Virus record (IMG/VR): IMGVR_UViG_3300013232_000195
Strand: one strand, 5' to 3'
DNA from: an uncultured virus (IMG/VR IMGVR_UViG_3300013232_000195)
Taxonomy: Duplodnaviria > Heunggongvirae > Uroviricota > Caudoviricetes
DNA length: 64,000 bases
Part shown: piece by piece, positions 20,942 through 30,909 of the stretch
How the letters are laid out: the number at the start of each line of letters is the position of its first letter
Numbering within the stretch: position 1 is the stretch's first letter
The notes under the pieces: generated by a model
Seen by the model: only the letters and a program-made list of their open reading frames with translations
Database searches by the model: none
What the model was told of the DNA's origin: nothing
Program-made: the position numbers and the translations under genes

Positions 20942-21745
20942 ATGCCCGACACACGAATACGCTTCAAACGCTGGAAGCTCTGGACGCCAGCGGACATAAC
21001 GACACTTGGCTGGTACGATGCCCAGGATGCCGCCACAATTGTCCAAGATGACGCTGCTGGACGTGTTAGCCAATGGACGGATAAAGGCAGCGCAGGTACA
21101 AATCATCTCTTACAAGCGGTAGCTGGTAATCAACCCACGACAGGGGCCGATAATATTAACGGGTATAACGTCCTCGGGTTTGATGGCCTAGCGTACTTCT
21201 TGGCGATGGGATCCAACCCGTTCGGGGCGTCGATCAGCAACGCTGCCTTGTTCATGGTGATCAACGTCAAGTCGGTCACTGAGCAGAAGACAACGTGGAG
21301 CATGACTGGCTCGGCTACGGCTGCTAACAGGTGGCAGTCACATTGCCCGTGGAATGGTGTGGTCTACTTTGATTGCGGTGGAACTGGAGGGGCGAACCGC
21401 GTCAGTTATGGTGCTGGCTGGTCTGCCAACAAGATAGCCCTCATGGGCTACTACTGTTCCACGACGGACAGCGTCCAACAGATTTGGGAAGGCGGGGTGT
21501 TGAAGATCGGTGATGCTACGGGGCATACCGTCAATACAGTCGGTAATCCGACCATCGGCGCTGGAGCTGGTGGTACAGAATGGGATACTTGTGCTATTGG
21601 TGAGGTGATCCTCATCAATGGGACGGTGAGTACCGTGAATCGGCAGATCATCGAAGGGTACTTGGCGTGGCATTGGGGTTTGACCGAAGACCTAGCGGAG
21701 AGCCATCCGTTCAAGAACGCGCCACCGCTGTTGCCAGCGGGATGA
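20942..21745 (+). CDS. ConA/LamG-like protein, paralogue 2
   Basis: Start reassigned to ATG 20942 after GGAG; WTPADITTLGWYDAQD...RQIIEGYLAWHWGL...SHPF. Confidence 0.6.
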   Translation: MPDTRIRFKRWKLWTPADITTLGWYDAQDAATIVQDDAAGRVSQWTDKGSAGTNHLLQAVAGNQPTTGADNINGYNVLGFDGLAYFLAMGSNPFGASISNAALFMVINVKSVTEQKTTWSMTGSATAANRWQSHCPWNGVVYFDCGGTGGANRVSYGAGWSANKIALMGYYCSTTDSVQQIWEGGVLKIGDATGHTVNTVGNPTIGAGAGGTEWDTCAIGEVILINGTVSTVNRQIIEGYLAWHWGLTEDLAESHPFKNAPPLLPAG

Positions 21746-21757
21746 CATTAGGAGAAA

Positions 21758-23635
21758 ATGATGCGTCCAAGAATCAGATGGCGTCTACCCTTATGGACCC
21801 CTGAACAGATAACAACGCAGGGATGGTATGATGCGTCTGATATCAGTACCATAACGGAGACCAGTGGGGCCGTCAGTCAATGGAATGACAAAAGCGGTAA
21901 TGATAGACACTTGAAACAAAGTACATCAGAATATCAGCCCAACACGGGATCGTCTATCGGGCCTCTGAATGCCATAGACTTCAATGGATCGTCAACTTGG
22001 ATGAAGACAGACAGTGGGCTTGGCGGAAGTATCCAATCCTTGTTCGTCGTAGTAAAACCTGATTCAGTGATCGACCACACGACTCCGAACGGACCATTTA
22101 TCACGTCAACGTTTAACGATGATATTACCGCAGGACTTGTTTTTGGTTCTTGTACAGGAGCTATCGCAAATGAAGTCATAACTTTAATGGACGAAAACGA
22201 CCCAAACACGTATGTTGACCGCCAAGGCATATCCAATGCGAACTACGCATCCATATCTGCTGAGGGCCATATATTTTCGAATGTACTAGGTACCAACTGG
22301 TCTATGGGCGTCGATGGTTCAAATGATCTCAGAGATTTAACGAGCGGAACAAGACATGATTTGTTGTACACGTCAAGTTTTGCTATTGGCGCTTCCGTAC
22401 GAGATTCTGAGTTAATATACGAATACTACTTTGACGGCAAAATTGGAGAAATAATACTTGTTCAAGGGGCTGTGGACACTCCAACTCGGCAGAAGATCGA
22501 GGGGTACCTCGCGTGGAAATGGAACCTTATAGCCAATTTACCATCAGATCACCCATACAAGAATGTGGCCCCAACTGCTCCGATACAGTATCTCCCGCCG
22601 CAAAATACGGTACTCACGACGGTAAACCTGGTAAATAACCACTGGATGGCTCAGTACCCGTTATTTGAGGATAACCTATGGGATAGCGCGGCCTATTTCA
22701 CAGGCGCTCAGAGACTGTTAGAATTGCAGGGGTCTACTACTGTAAGCAACTACATCAAGGGATGGGGCGATAAGTATAGCTGGACAAAACCTACTCGTAC
22801 AGGTAATAACACGTTTGCTGATGACCAATGTTGTGGTCAGATCTATATTGATTACTATCGGTATGAAGGCAAGACTGATCCGAGCAAGCTTACTAGTATC
22901 GTAGCCAGCGTACAGGAGCAATTGGATCGTGTAGCCGTTAATGATTGGTGGTGGTGTGACGCGTTGTACATGGCAATGCCAGTATTCGCGAAGCTTGGCG
23001 TAGAATATTCTGATACAGATTATTTTGATAAAATGTATGCTCTCTACCGCTACACAGGATATGAGATAGATACTGGCGTAGAGAGCGTGTTTGGGCTGTA
23101 CGACGCAACAGAGAAATTGTGGTTTCGTGACATAGATTATGTCTATCCTAAAGAGGCGGCTGCTAACGGATCTAAGGTGTTCTGGTCGCGTGGTAACGGC
23201 TGGGTATTTGGGGCAATGGCTCGAGTACTGCAAGAACTTCCACCAGAAGAGACGCATCGTGCAGAATTTGAATTGATGTTCCAAAACATGGCGGCGAAGC
23301 TGATAACCATTCAGAGGAATGATGGGTTCTGGGGAGCAAACTTGTTGGATCCTCATGACCCGTCATACCCAGAGACATCAGGGACATCATTCTTTACGTT
23401 CGGTTTGGCGTGGGGCGTTAATAACGGTTTGCTTACTCGGAGTACCTACGAGCCATATATTGCGAAGGCGTGGAACGCCATGGTTGCTACTGCGGTTCAC
23501 CCAGATGGTACTCTGGGTTGGTCGCAGAATATTGGTAAAGAACCTTGGTCTACGTGGACGTATAACACAGAAAACAACTTCGCTGTAGGAGCTTTCATCC
23601 AAGCTGGTATAGAAATTTCTTTAATGGTTAGCTGA
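21758..23635 (+). CDS. ConA/LamG-like domain fused to a GH105/GH88-type unsaturated glycuronyl hydrolase
   Basis: N-terminal paralogous domain. C-terminal half has ADDQCCGQ, WWWCDALYMAMP, FWSRGNGWV and ETSGTSFFTFGLAWGVNNGLL, characteristic of the GH105 (alpha/alpha)6 barrel. Confidence 0.85.
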   Translation: MMRPRIRWRLPLWTPEQITTQGWYDASDISTITETSGAVSQWNDKSGNDRHLKQSTSEYQPNTGSSIGPLNAIDFNGSSTWMKTDSGLGGSIQSLFVVVKPDSVIDHTTPNGPFITSTFNDDITAGLVFGSCTGAIANEVITLMDENDPNTYVDRQGISNANYASISAEGHIFSNVLGTNWSMGVDGSNDLRDLTSGTRHDLLYTSSFAIGASVRDSELIYEYYFDGKIGEIILVQGAVDTPTRQKIEGYLAWKWNLIANLPSDHPYKNVAPTAPIQYLPPQNTVLTTVNLVNNHWMAQYPLFEDNLWDSAAYFTGAQRLLELQGSTTVSNYIKGWGDKYSWTKPTRTGNNTFADDQCCGQIYIDYYRYEGKTDPSKLTSIVASVQEQLDRVAVNDWWWCDALYMAMPVFAKLGVEYSDTDYFDKMYALYRYTGYEIDTGVESVFGLYDATEKLWFRDIDYVYPKEAAANGSKVFWSRGNGWVFGAMARVLQELPPEETHRAEFELMFQNMAAKLITIQRNDGFWGANLLDPHDPSYPETSGTSFFTFGLAWGVNNGLLTRSTYEPYIAKAWNAMVATAVHPDGTLGWSQNIGKEPWSTWTYNTENNFAVGAFIQAGIEISLMVS

Positions 23636-23642
23636 TGATAGG

Positions 23643-23688
23643 GAGGAGGTATCCAACCAAGCGTAGAAGTTTACTTTGTATGGATGCC
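23643..23688 (+). promoter_or_regulatory. Candidate bipartite promoter within a hairpin
   Basis: GAGGA-16 nt-TAGAA (23643-23668); stem GGTATCCA/TGGATGCC (23648-23688). Confidence 0.4.
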
Positions 23689-23716
23689 GTTATAGACAAC
23701 TAACTGGGAGGCGAAT

Positions 23717-24040
23717 ATGCTCATAGAAAATGTCACCATCGACACTTCCGTCGAGAAGAGGGATCGTAACTGGCTGATCAGGATTTATAGCGCGTTGGAA
23801 CAGTCTCCAGACGTACAGATCGAATGCCATCGCGAGATAATTTTGGTAAAGGATGGAAAGAAGTATGATACCGCTGGAGACAATGGTGAACGCCAATATG
23901 TGATTTCCAAAATGCTTAGTGAGATTATGAATGACACAGTCACTTTGCCAGTTGAGGCTGGTGGAATAACATTGACTGCTGGGCAAATTGCGTTGGCCTT
24001 GGAGCTGTTGTCAGACAAGTATTCTGAATCGCAGGTTTAA
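23717..24040 (+). CDS. Hypothetical protein
   Basis: 107 aa, GGGAGG RBS, converges with the minus-strand cluster. Confidence 0.6.
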   Translation: MLIENVTIDTSVEKRDRNWLIRIYSALEQSPDVQIECHREIILVKDGKKYDTAGDNGERQYVISKMLSEIMNDTVTLPVEAGGITLTAGQIALALELLSDKYSESQV

Positions 24041-24684
24041 TTGGTCTTTCTCAATTGTAAGCATGCTACCCCAAAGGTATAGTCCTCCATGGTGAAGGTC
24101 AGCGTATTTTTTGGAGGCGGTGGACAGGCAAAACCAAGTACTCGAGTTATTTGACACAGGTCCTCTACGTCAGTCTGTTTTGGATGTGGTTTTCCAAGGG
24201 CTATGTCCATGGTGATTAAAACACCCTTGTTGCAGACTCTTATCAGCTCATTAATGGAGGATAAGACTTGATCTTTAGGAAGGTGTTCCAATACAGAGAT
24301 ACAAAGAACAGTCCCAAATTCGTTGCTTGGAAAAGGCAGATTGGGTAATCCTCCAAGAATACACTTTGGATTTTTTACGAGCTGGTCGTTTCTTCTGCTA
24401 TTAACCCAGTCTATTGCTGCTAGATCAACATCAGCGGATATAACCTCGGCTGTGTTTGCAATTGCAAACTGAAGGGCGGTTGCTCCCGCGCCTACATCTA
24501 GAATTTTTCCTGTAGCATCCAGTTTTTCCATTATCCAAGGGTACTCAAACCGACGTGTCCAGTGTAGAGAATCTAGGATTGGAGTCTTGAGGACATTTTC
24601 CAGCTGGTACAACATCATCGTCCGATGGAAAAAAGAATGCTCTATCAGGCGTGGATATGAAGCCCATTCAAAATCAGCCCTCAT
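24037..24684 (-). CDS. Class I SAM-dependent methyltransferase
   Basis: ILDVGAG motif I; LPFPSNEFGTVLCISVLEHL. Confidence 0.85.
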   Translation of the reverse strand: MRADFEWASYPRLIEHSFFHRTMMLYQLENVLKTPILDSLHWTRRFEYPWIMEKLDATGKILDVGAGATALQFAIANTAEVISADVDLAAIDWVNSRRNDQLVKNPKCILGGLPNLPFPSNEFGTVLCISVLEHLPKDQVLSSINELIRVCNKGVLITMDIALGKPHPKQTDVEDLCQITRVLGFACPPPPKNTLTFTMEDYTFGVACLQLRKTN

Positions 24685-25154
24685 TTTACGGCCTCCACTA
24701 TCATGTCTGTATTACACGTTTGGAGAGGGTACACGGTAATCCCTGAGAATCCAGCGGCCCTGAACAGTTTGAAGGCATAGCTTGGAGAGAACCCAGCTCG
24801 GTGCGTGTTCTCTGGATAGTCTTGCCCACCAAAAATCATTCCAGGGATGTTCTCGTCCCATTCCTTTGTTGCGATGGCCTTGCGGCATTGCTCAAGCAAG
24901 TTCGCCGTGATGAACGTACAGCGTCCATTGGGCTTGAGGATTCTGTTAACTTCGGACAAGAACTGCGGGATCGAGCGCCAAGATAAATGCTCTATCATGA
25001 ACGCGCAATACACGAACTCATATGACTCGTCCACGATAGGGAATTTCTGGTTAAGATCGGCTACGATGTCGACCTTCTCGCCTTTTCGGATATCCATATT
25101 CGGTCGGTAGCGCGGATTGTCTCCGCCGCCTATCTCGAGGATGTTGTCGCTCAC
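24681..25154 (-). CDS. Class I SAM-dependent methyltransferase (Methyltransf_11-like)
   Basis: ILEIGGG, DIVADLN, MIEHL, RILKPNG; GTG start overlaps the upstream TGA, with a GGAGA RBS. Confidence 0.8.
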   Translation of the reverse strand: MSDNILEIGGGDNPRYRPNMDIRKGEKVDIVADLNQKFPIVDESYEFVYCAFMIEHLSWRSIPQFLSEVNRILKPNGRCTFITANLLEQCRKAIATKEWDENIPGMIFGGQDYPENTHRAGFSPSYAFKLFRAAGFSGITVYPLQTCNTDMIVEAVK

Positions 25155-26206
25155 AGGCTTCTCCATAGGTCTTGGTACCGAGGAATTATCCTGTTCCAAG
25201 TATACTGGAAAGACTTCTCCCTGGCCATTGCTCCCATCTTTCTAACCAGATCTGGGTCGTTCTTTAGCTTGGTGATTCGATCACAGATGGCGTCTGGATC
25301 ACGAATCGGAACCACAAAGCCATCTTCACCCTCTGTGACCACATCGGCAGCGCCAGCGCCCTCAGAAACGATCACGGGCCTGCCATGTGCCATAGCCTCA
25401 AGAACCTCAATTCCGAATCCCTCAGTGACCGATGGCTGTACGTATACGGAGCATCGAGAATAGAGTTCTGACACGTTTTCAACAAATCCAAGGAACTCGA
25501 CTTCTCCCTTGTGGCAAAGACTGCTTCTAACGCTGGCTAGCTGAATGACATCTCTCCCAGCCAATAGTAGTCGGTTCCCAATGAGGTTCAGCTTAGACCA
25601 TGCTTCAAGCAAGTAAACCACGCCCTTGTCTGGACCGATCTGTCCCAAATATCCGACATGGAAATCGTCTGGGATTGGAGTTGTTTGCAATGGCGGAGTA
25701 ACGCCATGTGGAATCACCACTGCTCGCGCTACTCCATACTTCTCGACGATCTTTTTGCTGGCTGTTGAAGGGCAGATGACCTTGTCTGCCATTAGTTGTC
25801 CTTCGCAATAGGTCATCCATAAGATGGGATCTACTAGATGCGGGAAGTCGTACGCGATGCCCCACCTATGGAACTCTTCTCTGCTTAGCTTGGAGTCATG
25901 CGCGGCGATGGTTTGGGTGACCTTTGTTCCAGCCCTCTGTAGGCGACTTATGGTTTTCGAGAACATCCCGGAGTAGAAATGCGCGATGTCGATCTTGTCT
26001 TTGAGCATCTGCAACACAAGGGCGTCCGCGATGTAGTCTTGAACGTATGGGCTATTCGGAAACTTGTATTGGGCTGGGTTTATCGTCACGGCATCGAGCG
26101 TGAGCATGTCCCCGAGTTCTTTCAGCGCCTGGGATTCAAAACGAGTAACGACGCCTCCACCAGTCTCGGTTCCTATGTAATCAGCCGTCCCGAACAGGTT
26201 TTTCAT
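25151..26206 (-). CDS. GT4 (GT-B) glycosyltransferase
   Basis: GYLGQIGPDKG; VQPSVTEGFGIEVLEAMAHGRPVI (EX7E). Start set at ATG 26206 (ATGA overlap). Confidence 0.9.
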   Translation of the reverse strand: MKNLFGTADYIGTETGGGVVTRFESQALKELGDMLTLDAVTINPAQYKFPNSPYVQDYIADALVLQMLKDKIDIAHFYSGMFSKTISRLQRAGTKVTQTIAAHDSKLSREEFHRWGIAYDFPHLVDPILWMTYCEGQLMADKVICPSTASKKIVEKYGVARAVVIPHGVTPPLQTTPIPDDFHVGYLGQIGPDKGVVYLLEAWSKLNLIGNRLLLAGRDVIQLASVRSSLCHKGEVEFLGFVENVSELYSRCSVYVQPSVTEGFGIEVLEAMAHGRPVIVSEGAGAADVVTEGEDGFVVPIRDPDAICDRITKLKNDPDLVRKMGAMAREKSFQYTWNRIIPRYQDLWRSL

Positions 26207-26829
26207 GACTTGCTCCATCTGAAAAGTGTGCAATATGAGTCACTTTCCTCAAACGAAACTTCGGCCCCAGTGACCCGCTTGACCAAGTCTGAGATTTCGG
26301 TTTTCGTATAGATCTTGAGATGCCAAGGGTCTGGATTGTTCAGCCCGTACCTTCCATCGGCTTTTGGAGTACACATGAATGCCATACCGCCAGAAGGCAT
26401 AAGGTCGTTGATTTTCTTTACCAGCATCTCTCCTTCTTCTGGCAAGAAGTGTTCTATCACCTCAAAACATACGATGGCGTTCCATAAGCCCAGTACTTCG
26501 TTTTCCCATCCGCTTACCGAATACGTCGCTTTTTGGTTGTTCTCTCGGCGCTTGATCATCTCGTTTGCTTGCTTGATGCTGAACTCGCAAGGATCGATAC
26601 CATGAAGCTTGGTGACGTATGGCTCGTCGACCATCCACCTGGTAATGAATCCAGACTCGCATCCGATCTCGAGGACGTACTTCGGCTTTAGCCTTGGCAT
26701 CTCACGATAAAGCCACAAGACTCGCTCCAGTCTACTCGCTTCGCGATCCGTGGACGGGGCGTTGATGTGCTTGGAGTACAGTGCCCTACGTTCAGCCATG
26801 GTACAGTCTTTAGGTAACTTGTCGCTCAT
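26203..26829 (-). CDS. Class I SAM-dependent methyltransferase
   Basis: VLEIGCESG, GIDP, IVCFEVIEHF, MCTP. Confidence 0.85.
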   Translation of the reverse strand: MSDKLPKDCTMAERRALYSKHINAPSTDREASRLERVLWLYREMPRLKPKYVLEIGCESGFITRWMVDEPYVTKLHGIDPCEFSIKQANEMIKRRENNQKATYSVSGWENEVLGLWNAIVCFEVIEHFLPEEGEMLVKKINDLMPSGGMAFMCTPKADGRYGLNNPDPWHLKIYTKTEISDLVKRVTGAEVSFEESDSYCTLFRWSKS

Positions 26830-27302
26830 TTGGTCTCCTCGTCTGTCGCAGCTAGCAACGCCTCAACGAAGTCGTAAGTTTCTTGGTTATAGGCGTGAAG
26901 CATGCCTAAAGATTCTTGAATGGCTGTCTGTAGCGGAACCGAGCAGTACTTGAACTCGTTGTTCTTTCGCCACTCGTCCACGACACGTCGCGCAGCATCC
27001 GTAATGTCCCGCTTGCGCTTGGCTGCTCCAGCTACAGACTCATAACCACAAGCGCAGCCAATTGTCCCGCTGACGGGCAAAAAACCTGGAAAGTGGTACG
27101 TACTCGTTTGTATCACGAAAGGAGCGCCATTACTCAAGTACTTTGCGGGAGGCGGCGTCCTGGAACCGAAACAACAACCAGACACGCCATTGCACAAATT
27201 CAGGTAACAGCCAGTACAGAAGTACTCTGGCCCATCCCTTTCAATAGTTCCTTGTTCAACTACCACTTCTGCTTGTTTAGTACACTGTCGGCATGTAGGC
27301 AT
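26826..27302 (-). CDS. Cys-rich hypothetical protein, possible Zn-binding
   Basis: CRQC, CTGC and CACG motifs; abuts both neighbours. Confidence 0.55.
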   Translation of the reverse strand: MPTCRQCTKQAEVVVEQGTIERDGPEYFCTGCYLNLCNGVSGCCFGSRTPPPAKYLSNGAPFVIQTSTYHFPGFLPVSGTIGCACGYESVAGAAKRKRDITDAARRVVDEWRKNNEFKYCSVPLQTAIQESLGMLHAYNQETYDFVEALLAATDEETK

Positions 27303-28319
27303 TTACCAGCCTCCATCAATTGCTTCTTTGCACAGTTCCTCGTACCGCTTGACCATGTTCTCGATTGAGAACTGGCTGGCCCACTCGCGGCAACGTTCTG
27401 GCTTGATGGCGGCAACGGCGTCGGTCTTGACCAGCTCGACGACTTCTTCTAGGCTTTTCACGAGGAAGCCAGTTTCACCATGCTTGATGGTCTCCCGCAT
27501 GGCCCCGAGGTCCCAGGCGATGACGGGGCATCCACAACTCTGAGCTTCTACTGGGGCCAGTCCAAACGGTTCGCGGAATAGCTGGTTTAAGTGGAGCATG
27601 GCCTTCGCTTGGCTGAACCAATCGACCGTAATATCCCTGGAAACTCCACCGTGGTACTTCATATTCCCAACGGCCCTTCTGACGCATTCTTGTGCGTACT
27701 CTGGTTCACCAGTGATCTTGTCATCTCCCACCAGATCCAAGCCGATCCCAGTCTTCTCGGCCACGTCAATTGCGAGATGAGCGCCCTTGATCTTCGAGAA
27801 ACGGGCAAGGAACAAGTACCGATCGCTTCTCTGGACTGGCTTTGGTTTATAAAAGTCGGTGTAGATCCCGTTGTGGGCTACTCTGAGGTCTATCTTCCAG
27901 AGGGCCTTGGCGTCGTCGGCTTGGTCTTGAGAGATGCAGACCATGCAAGGGCGTGGGATTGGAGGAGACCTTCTATACATAGTTCCGCATGGCGCGTGAA
28001 GAACGCCAAGGACGGGTGTCTTCAGCCCGTTCTCGATCTTGCCCATGTAAGCCCATTTTTCCCAGGAATTGTCGATCACCACGTCCCAATCTTTGAGCCT
28101 TGGGCCGTACCCTGTGTATGCTTGACCCTCATGCTCTCGTAGCGTGGTTCCGTGAAGTTCAACCCCTGGAGGTGGCGTAGAGCCGACTGGGGCCACAAGC
28201 AAAACCGTATGTCCAAGTTTCGCCAAGCCCTCCGCTTGCTGATATGCAAGTTGCTCAAGGCCAGAGTACCCAGGCGGAGGCAGGGTCATTATCGTCGTGG
28301 AAATTACGCACACCTTCAT
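27303..28319 (-). CDS. GT4 glycosyltransferase
   Basis: MKVCVIS...PPPGYSGLE; FLARFSKIKG; EPFGLAPVEAQSCGCPVI; AAGGAG RBS before ATG 28319. Confidence 0.9.
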   Translation of the reverse strand: MKVCVISTTIMTLPPPGYSGLEQLAYQQAEGLAKLGHTVLLVAPVGSTPPPGVELHGTTLREHEGQAYTGYGPRLKDWDVVIDNSWEKWAYMGKIENGLKTPVLGVLHAPCGTMYRRSPPIPRPCMVCISQDQADDAKALWKIDLRVAHNGIYTDFYKPKPVQRSDRYLFLARFSKIKGAHLAIDVAEKTGIGLDLVGDDKITGEPEYAQECVRRAVGNMKYHGGVSRDITVDWFSQAKAMLHLNQLFREPFGLAPVEAQSCGCPVIAWDLGAMRETIKHGETGFLVKSLEEVVELVKTDAVAAIKPERCREWASQFSIENMVKRYEELCKEAIDGGW

Positions 28320-28329
28320 GGACGTCTCC

Positions 28330-28983
28330 TTATGGAAGCTGTAATGGCCCGTACACGCCGCCTGGTAAACTCGCTCCATGCCCTGCATGGGTACACTGGA
28401 TTGACGTGTCTACGAAAAGTTTGAACCCTAAAGCCCTTGCCTTTCGGCAGAAGTCATAGTCCTCGGAACACCTCTCGAACTGCGGGATGTTCGGGAACCT
28501 GAACGGGTCGCACTTCCACTCGAACCATGGCGGCTTCATGATCTCAAGAACTTTACGCTTGATCAGCATGCAACCAGATCCGATCAAGTCAGCCTCGACC
28601 ACGTCGCCCATCTTGGCGTCCGTGATCCACGTCGCTCCCTTGCCTTCCACTTCGCGCATCATGACGGGATAGACGGGGTTCTGTCTGCGATAGTACAGTC
28701 CCGATATAATGTCCCTGTTCTGGTTCATTAGCCTTAAGATCGCATCTGGAGGTGGAATAACGTCATCGTCAAGGAAGAACAAGTATTCGTGACCAGTTTC
28801 CAAAGCCCTCTGACATGCTTGGGAACGGGCATGGTCGAACGGCATCCCGTAAAGGAACGTTTCGGTCGAGTTTTCTGGATATATCAACCGTCGAAAGCCT
28901 ATGGCCCACGCGGTCGTTACCAACTCTCGTGTCAAGATACAAGTCAGGACTTGTGGTTTAGGGTATTCCCATGCTCCTGGCAC
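28330..28983 (-). CDS. GT-A fold (GT2-like) glycosyltransferase, paralogue A
   Basis: FFLDDDV (DXD), GSGCMLIKR, SEDYDFC. Confidence 0.8.
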   Translation of the reverse strand: MPGAWEYPKPQVLTCILTRELVTTAWAIGFRRLIYPENSTETFLYGMPFDHARSQACQRALETGHEYLFFLDDDVIPPPDAILRLMNQNRDIISGLYYRRQNPVYPVMMREVEGKGATWITDAKMGDVVEADLIGSGCMLIKRKVLEIMKPPWFEWKCDPFRFPNIPQFERCSEDYDFCRKARALGFKLFVDTSIQCTHAGHGASLPGGVYGPLQLP

Positions 28984-28993
28984 TGATTGTCTC

Positions 28994-29629
28994 CTAAATC
29001 GCTATCGGGCAGAAGCCTTCCATAGAGCTTTGCCCCAATCCAACGTGCAAACATTTCACAGATGTGTCGACCAGGATTTTGAATCCGAGTTCCTTGGCCT
29101 TCTTGCAGAAAGTGAAGTCCTCTGACGTTCTTTCCATGGGCGGAAGATCTTTTCTGTCAACCTTCCATTCGAACCATGGAGGTGGCATCGCTTGAAGAAC
29201 CTTTTTATGGATCAACAAGCATCCCGCTCCGACGAGATCGACTTCTTGGATCGAGTCTGGAACGAAGTTGGTGACCCATTCTGGCTTTCCGTCCTTGTAA
29301 CGGATCATCACTGGGGCGATCGGCTCGGTTCTCCTCACGTACAATCCCGAGACGATGTCCACATTGTGCTTGACCAGCTTCATGTATGCGTCTGGTGGAG
29401 GGATCACGTCGTCGTCGAGGAACATCAAGTACTTGAAGTCGTTCTTCAGTACTCGCTCGCAACAGACGTTGCGCCCGCTGTCGAACGGCATCCCCGTGAT
29501 CGTCGTCCAACCCGCCGTTGGCGGCAAGGCGAGGGCCTTGAATCCGATGGCCCATTGAGTACTTACAAGGTCTCTGGTCAGGATCCCCACCAGAACCTCA
29601 CGCCCTTCTTTTTCCCATGCGCCAGGCAT
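28994..29629 (-). CDS. GT-A fold (GT2-like) glycosyltransferase, paralogue B
   Basis: Starts MPGAWE like paralogue A; MFLDDDV, GAGCLLIHK, SEDFTFC. Confidence 0.8.
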   Translation of the reverse strand: MPGAWEKEGREVLVGILTRDLVSTQWAIGFKALALPPTAGWTTITGMPFDSGRNVCCERVLKNDFKYLMFLDDDVIPPPDAYMKLVKHNVDIVSGLYVRRTEPIAPVMIRYKDGKPEWVTNFVPDSIQEVDLVGAGCLLIHKKVLQAMPPPWFEWKVDRKDLPPMERTSEDFTFCKKAKELGFKILVDTSVKCLHVGLGQSSMEGFCPIAI

Positions 29630-29695
29630 AAAGTTTTCTCGTTCCCGACCTTGATGATACCGAACGAGTGGCGCGTGCCTCCGCGTTTTTTGCCG

Positions 29696-29723
29696 TTGAC
29701 AATGGCTTGCGGGATGGTATTCT
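29696..29723 (+). promoter_or_regulatory. Sigma70-type promoter
   Basis: TTGACA-16 nt-TATTCT with extended -10 TG, in a divergent intergenic gap. Confidence 0.6.
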
Positions 29724-29763
29724 GAGGTTGAATAGGTCAAATGTTGGGCCACCGAAAGGGGTA

Positions 29764-30909
29764 ATGATGAATCTTGAGGAGGTACTGGCAAGAGCCAGAA
29801 AGAAAAAACTCGAGACGGAGGAGGCAGAGAGAGAAAAGCGCTCGAACGAGCTTAAGCTGGAGATAGCCGAGCTATCGCGAAAGCAGAAGTCGGCTGAGAT
29901 CCAGAATTCCACCTATCTGAAGGACAGGCTTGAAACCCAGAAGAAGCTTGGCGAATTGAAGGCGCTCAAGGAATTCGTCGACGTCCAAGAATATGACGAG
30001 GCAGAGACCTCACTTCTCAATGACTTGAATTCTCTTGAAGAAAAACTACAAGGACAAAAGAGTCTGCTAGAGGGGCTTTCTCAGAAGATACTGTCCCTAA
30101 CACATTCGATTTCAACGGTTTCCAGCGCGAGAACCCTATCTTCAGACTTCTCTGAGGATGGATACATAACTTCTGCCTACGGCAAGAGTCGTGACAGCAT
30201 CCAGCAAGCCTATGACGAGGTCAAGGGCTTGAAGAACTTGCTCAAGTCTTGCGATGGCAACTTGAAGCTGGTGAACTGCCACTGTCGGATCGCCGCTGGA
30301 AACCTACGCATACTCCAAGACATGATAGACCCCAAGCCGACGCCCGCTGAGCAAGTTCTGCTCCGTAGGTCATTTGGCATCGTTGGAGGCTTGACCAAGG
30401 AGTACATGTGCGGCATGGTCGTGGCCTTGTCTCGCGAACGCAAGGAGGACTGGAGGCAGTACGTCAACCAGGCGCGGCTTGAACGGGATCGCTGGCTATC
30501 ACCCAAGCAGTCTGCCCCGATGGTCGAGGTACCGAACGAGATCAAAAAAGAGAAGTTGGAGATACCACCAGAATTGTCCTCTCGTTTGATGGGCAAGAAG
30601 GTCTCGTTCTTTGGCGGCGAGGAGGTTACGGCCCTTATTCGGTTCGTCGAGGAGGATTTGGGGGCCAAGAAGGCCGTCTGGTACGAGGGCAAGGACAAGG
30701 GGTTCGAGGCCCTCATGAACAGCATCTCTTGTGGCGGCCCAGACGTGGTGGTGATGATGAATGGATGGTCGTCCCATGGCCACACAAAGCCCCTCGTGGC
30801 TGCATGCAAGAAGAACGGTATTCCCATCGCCCAGTTGTCCAGTTCAAGCAAGGACGCGCTCCGTGACCAATTGATGGTCGTGTTCAAGATTGAGAGCGAG
30901 GTGGCGTGA
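29764..30909 (+). CDS. Coiled-coil protein with C-terminal DUF2325-like domain
   Basis: Long heptad-rich N-terminal half; C-terminal KVSFFGG...DVVVMMNGWSSHGHT..LVAACKKNGIP matches the DUF2325 pattern. Confidence 0.6.
   Translation: MMNLEEVLARARKKKLETEEAEREKRSNELKLEIAELSRKQKSAEIQNSTYLKDRLETQKKLGELKALKEFVDVQEYDEAETSLLNDLNSLEEKLQGQKSLLEGLSQKILSLTHSISTVSSARTLSSDFSEDGYITSAYGKSRDSIQQAYDEVKGLKNLLKSCDGNLKLVNCHCRIAAGNLRILQDMIDPKPTPAEQVLLRRSFGIVGGLTKEYMCGMVVALSRERKEDWRQYVNQARLERDRWLSPKQSAPMVEVPNEIKKEKLEIPPELSSRLMGKKVSFFGGEEVTALIRFVEEDLGAKKAVWYEGKDKGFEALMNSISCGGPDVVVMMNGWSSHGHTKPLVAACKKNGIPIAQLSSSSKDALRDQLMVVFKIESEVA

Noticed and set aside
24037..26829. DNA methyltransferases / restriction-modification
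   Set aside because: No DPPY/NPPY or PC catalytic motifs; the proteins resemble small-molecule or sugar methyltransferases.
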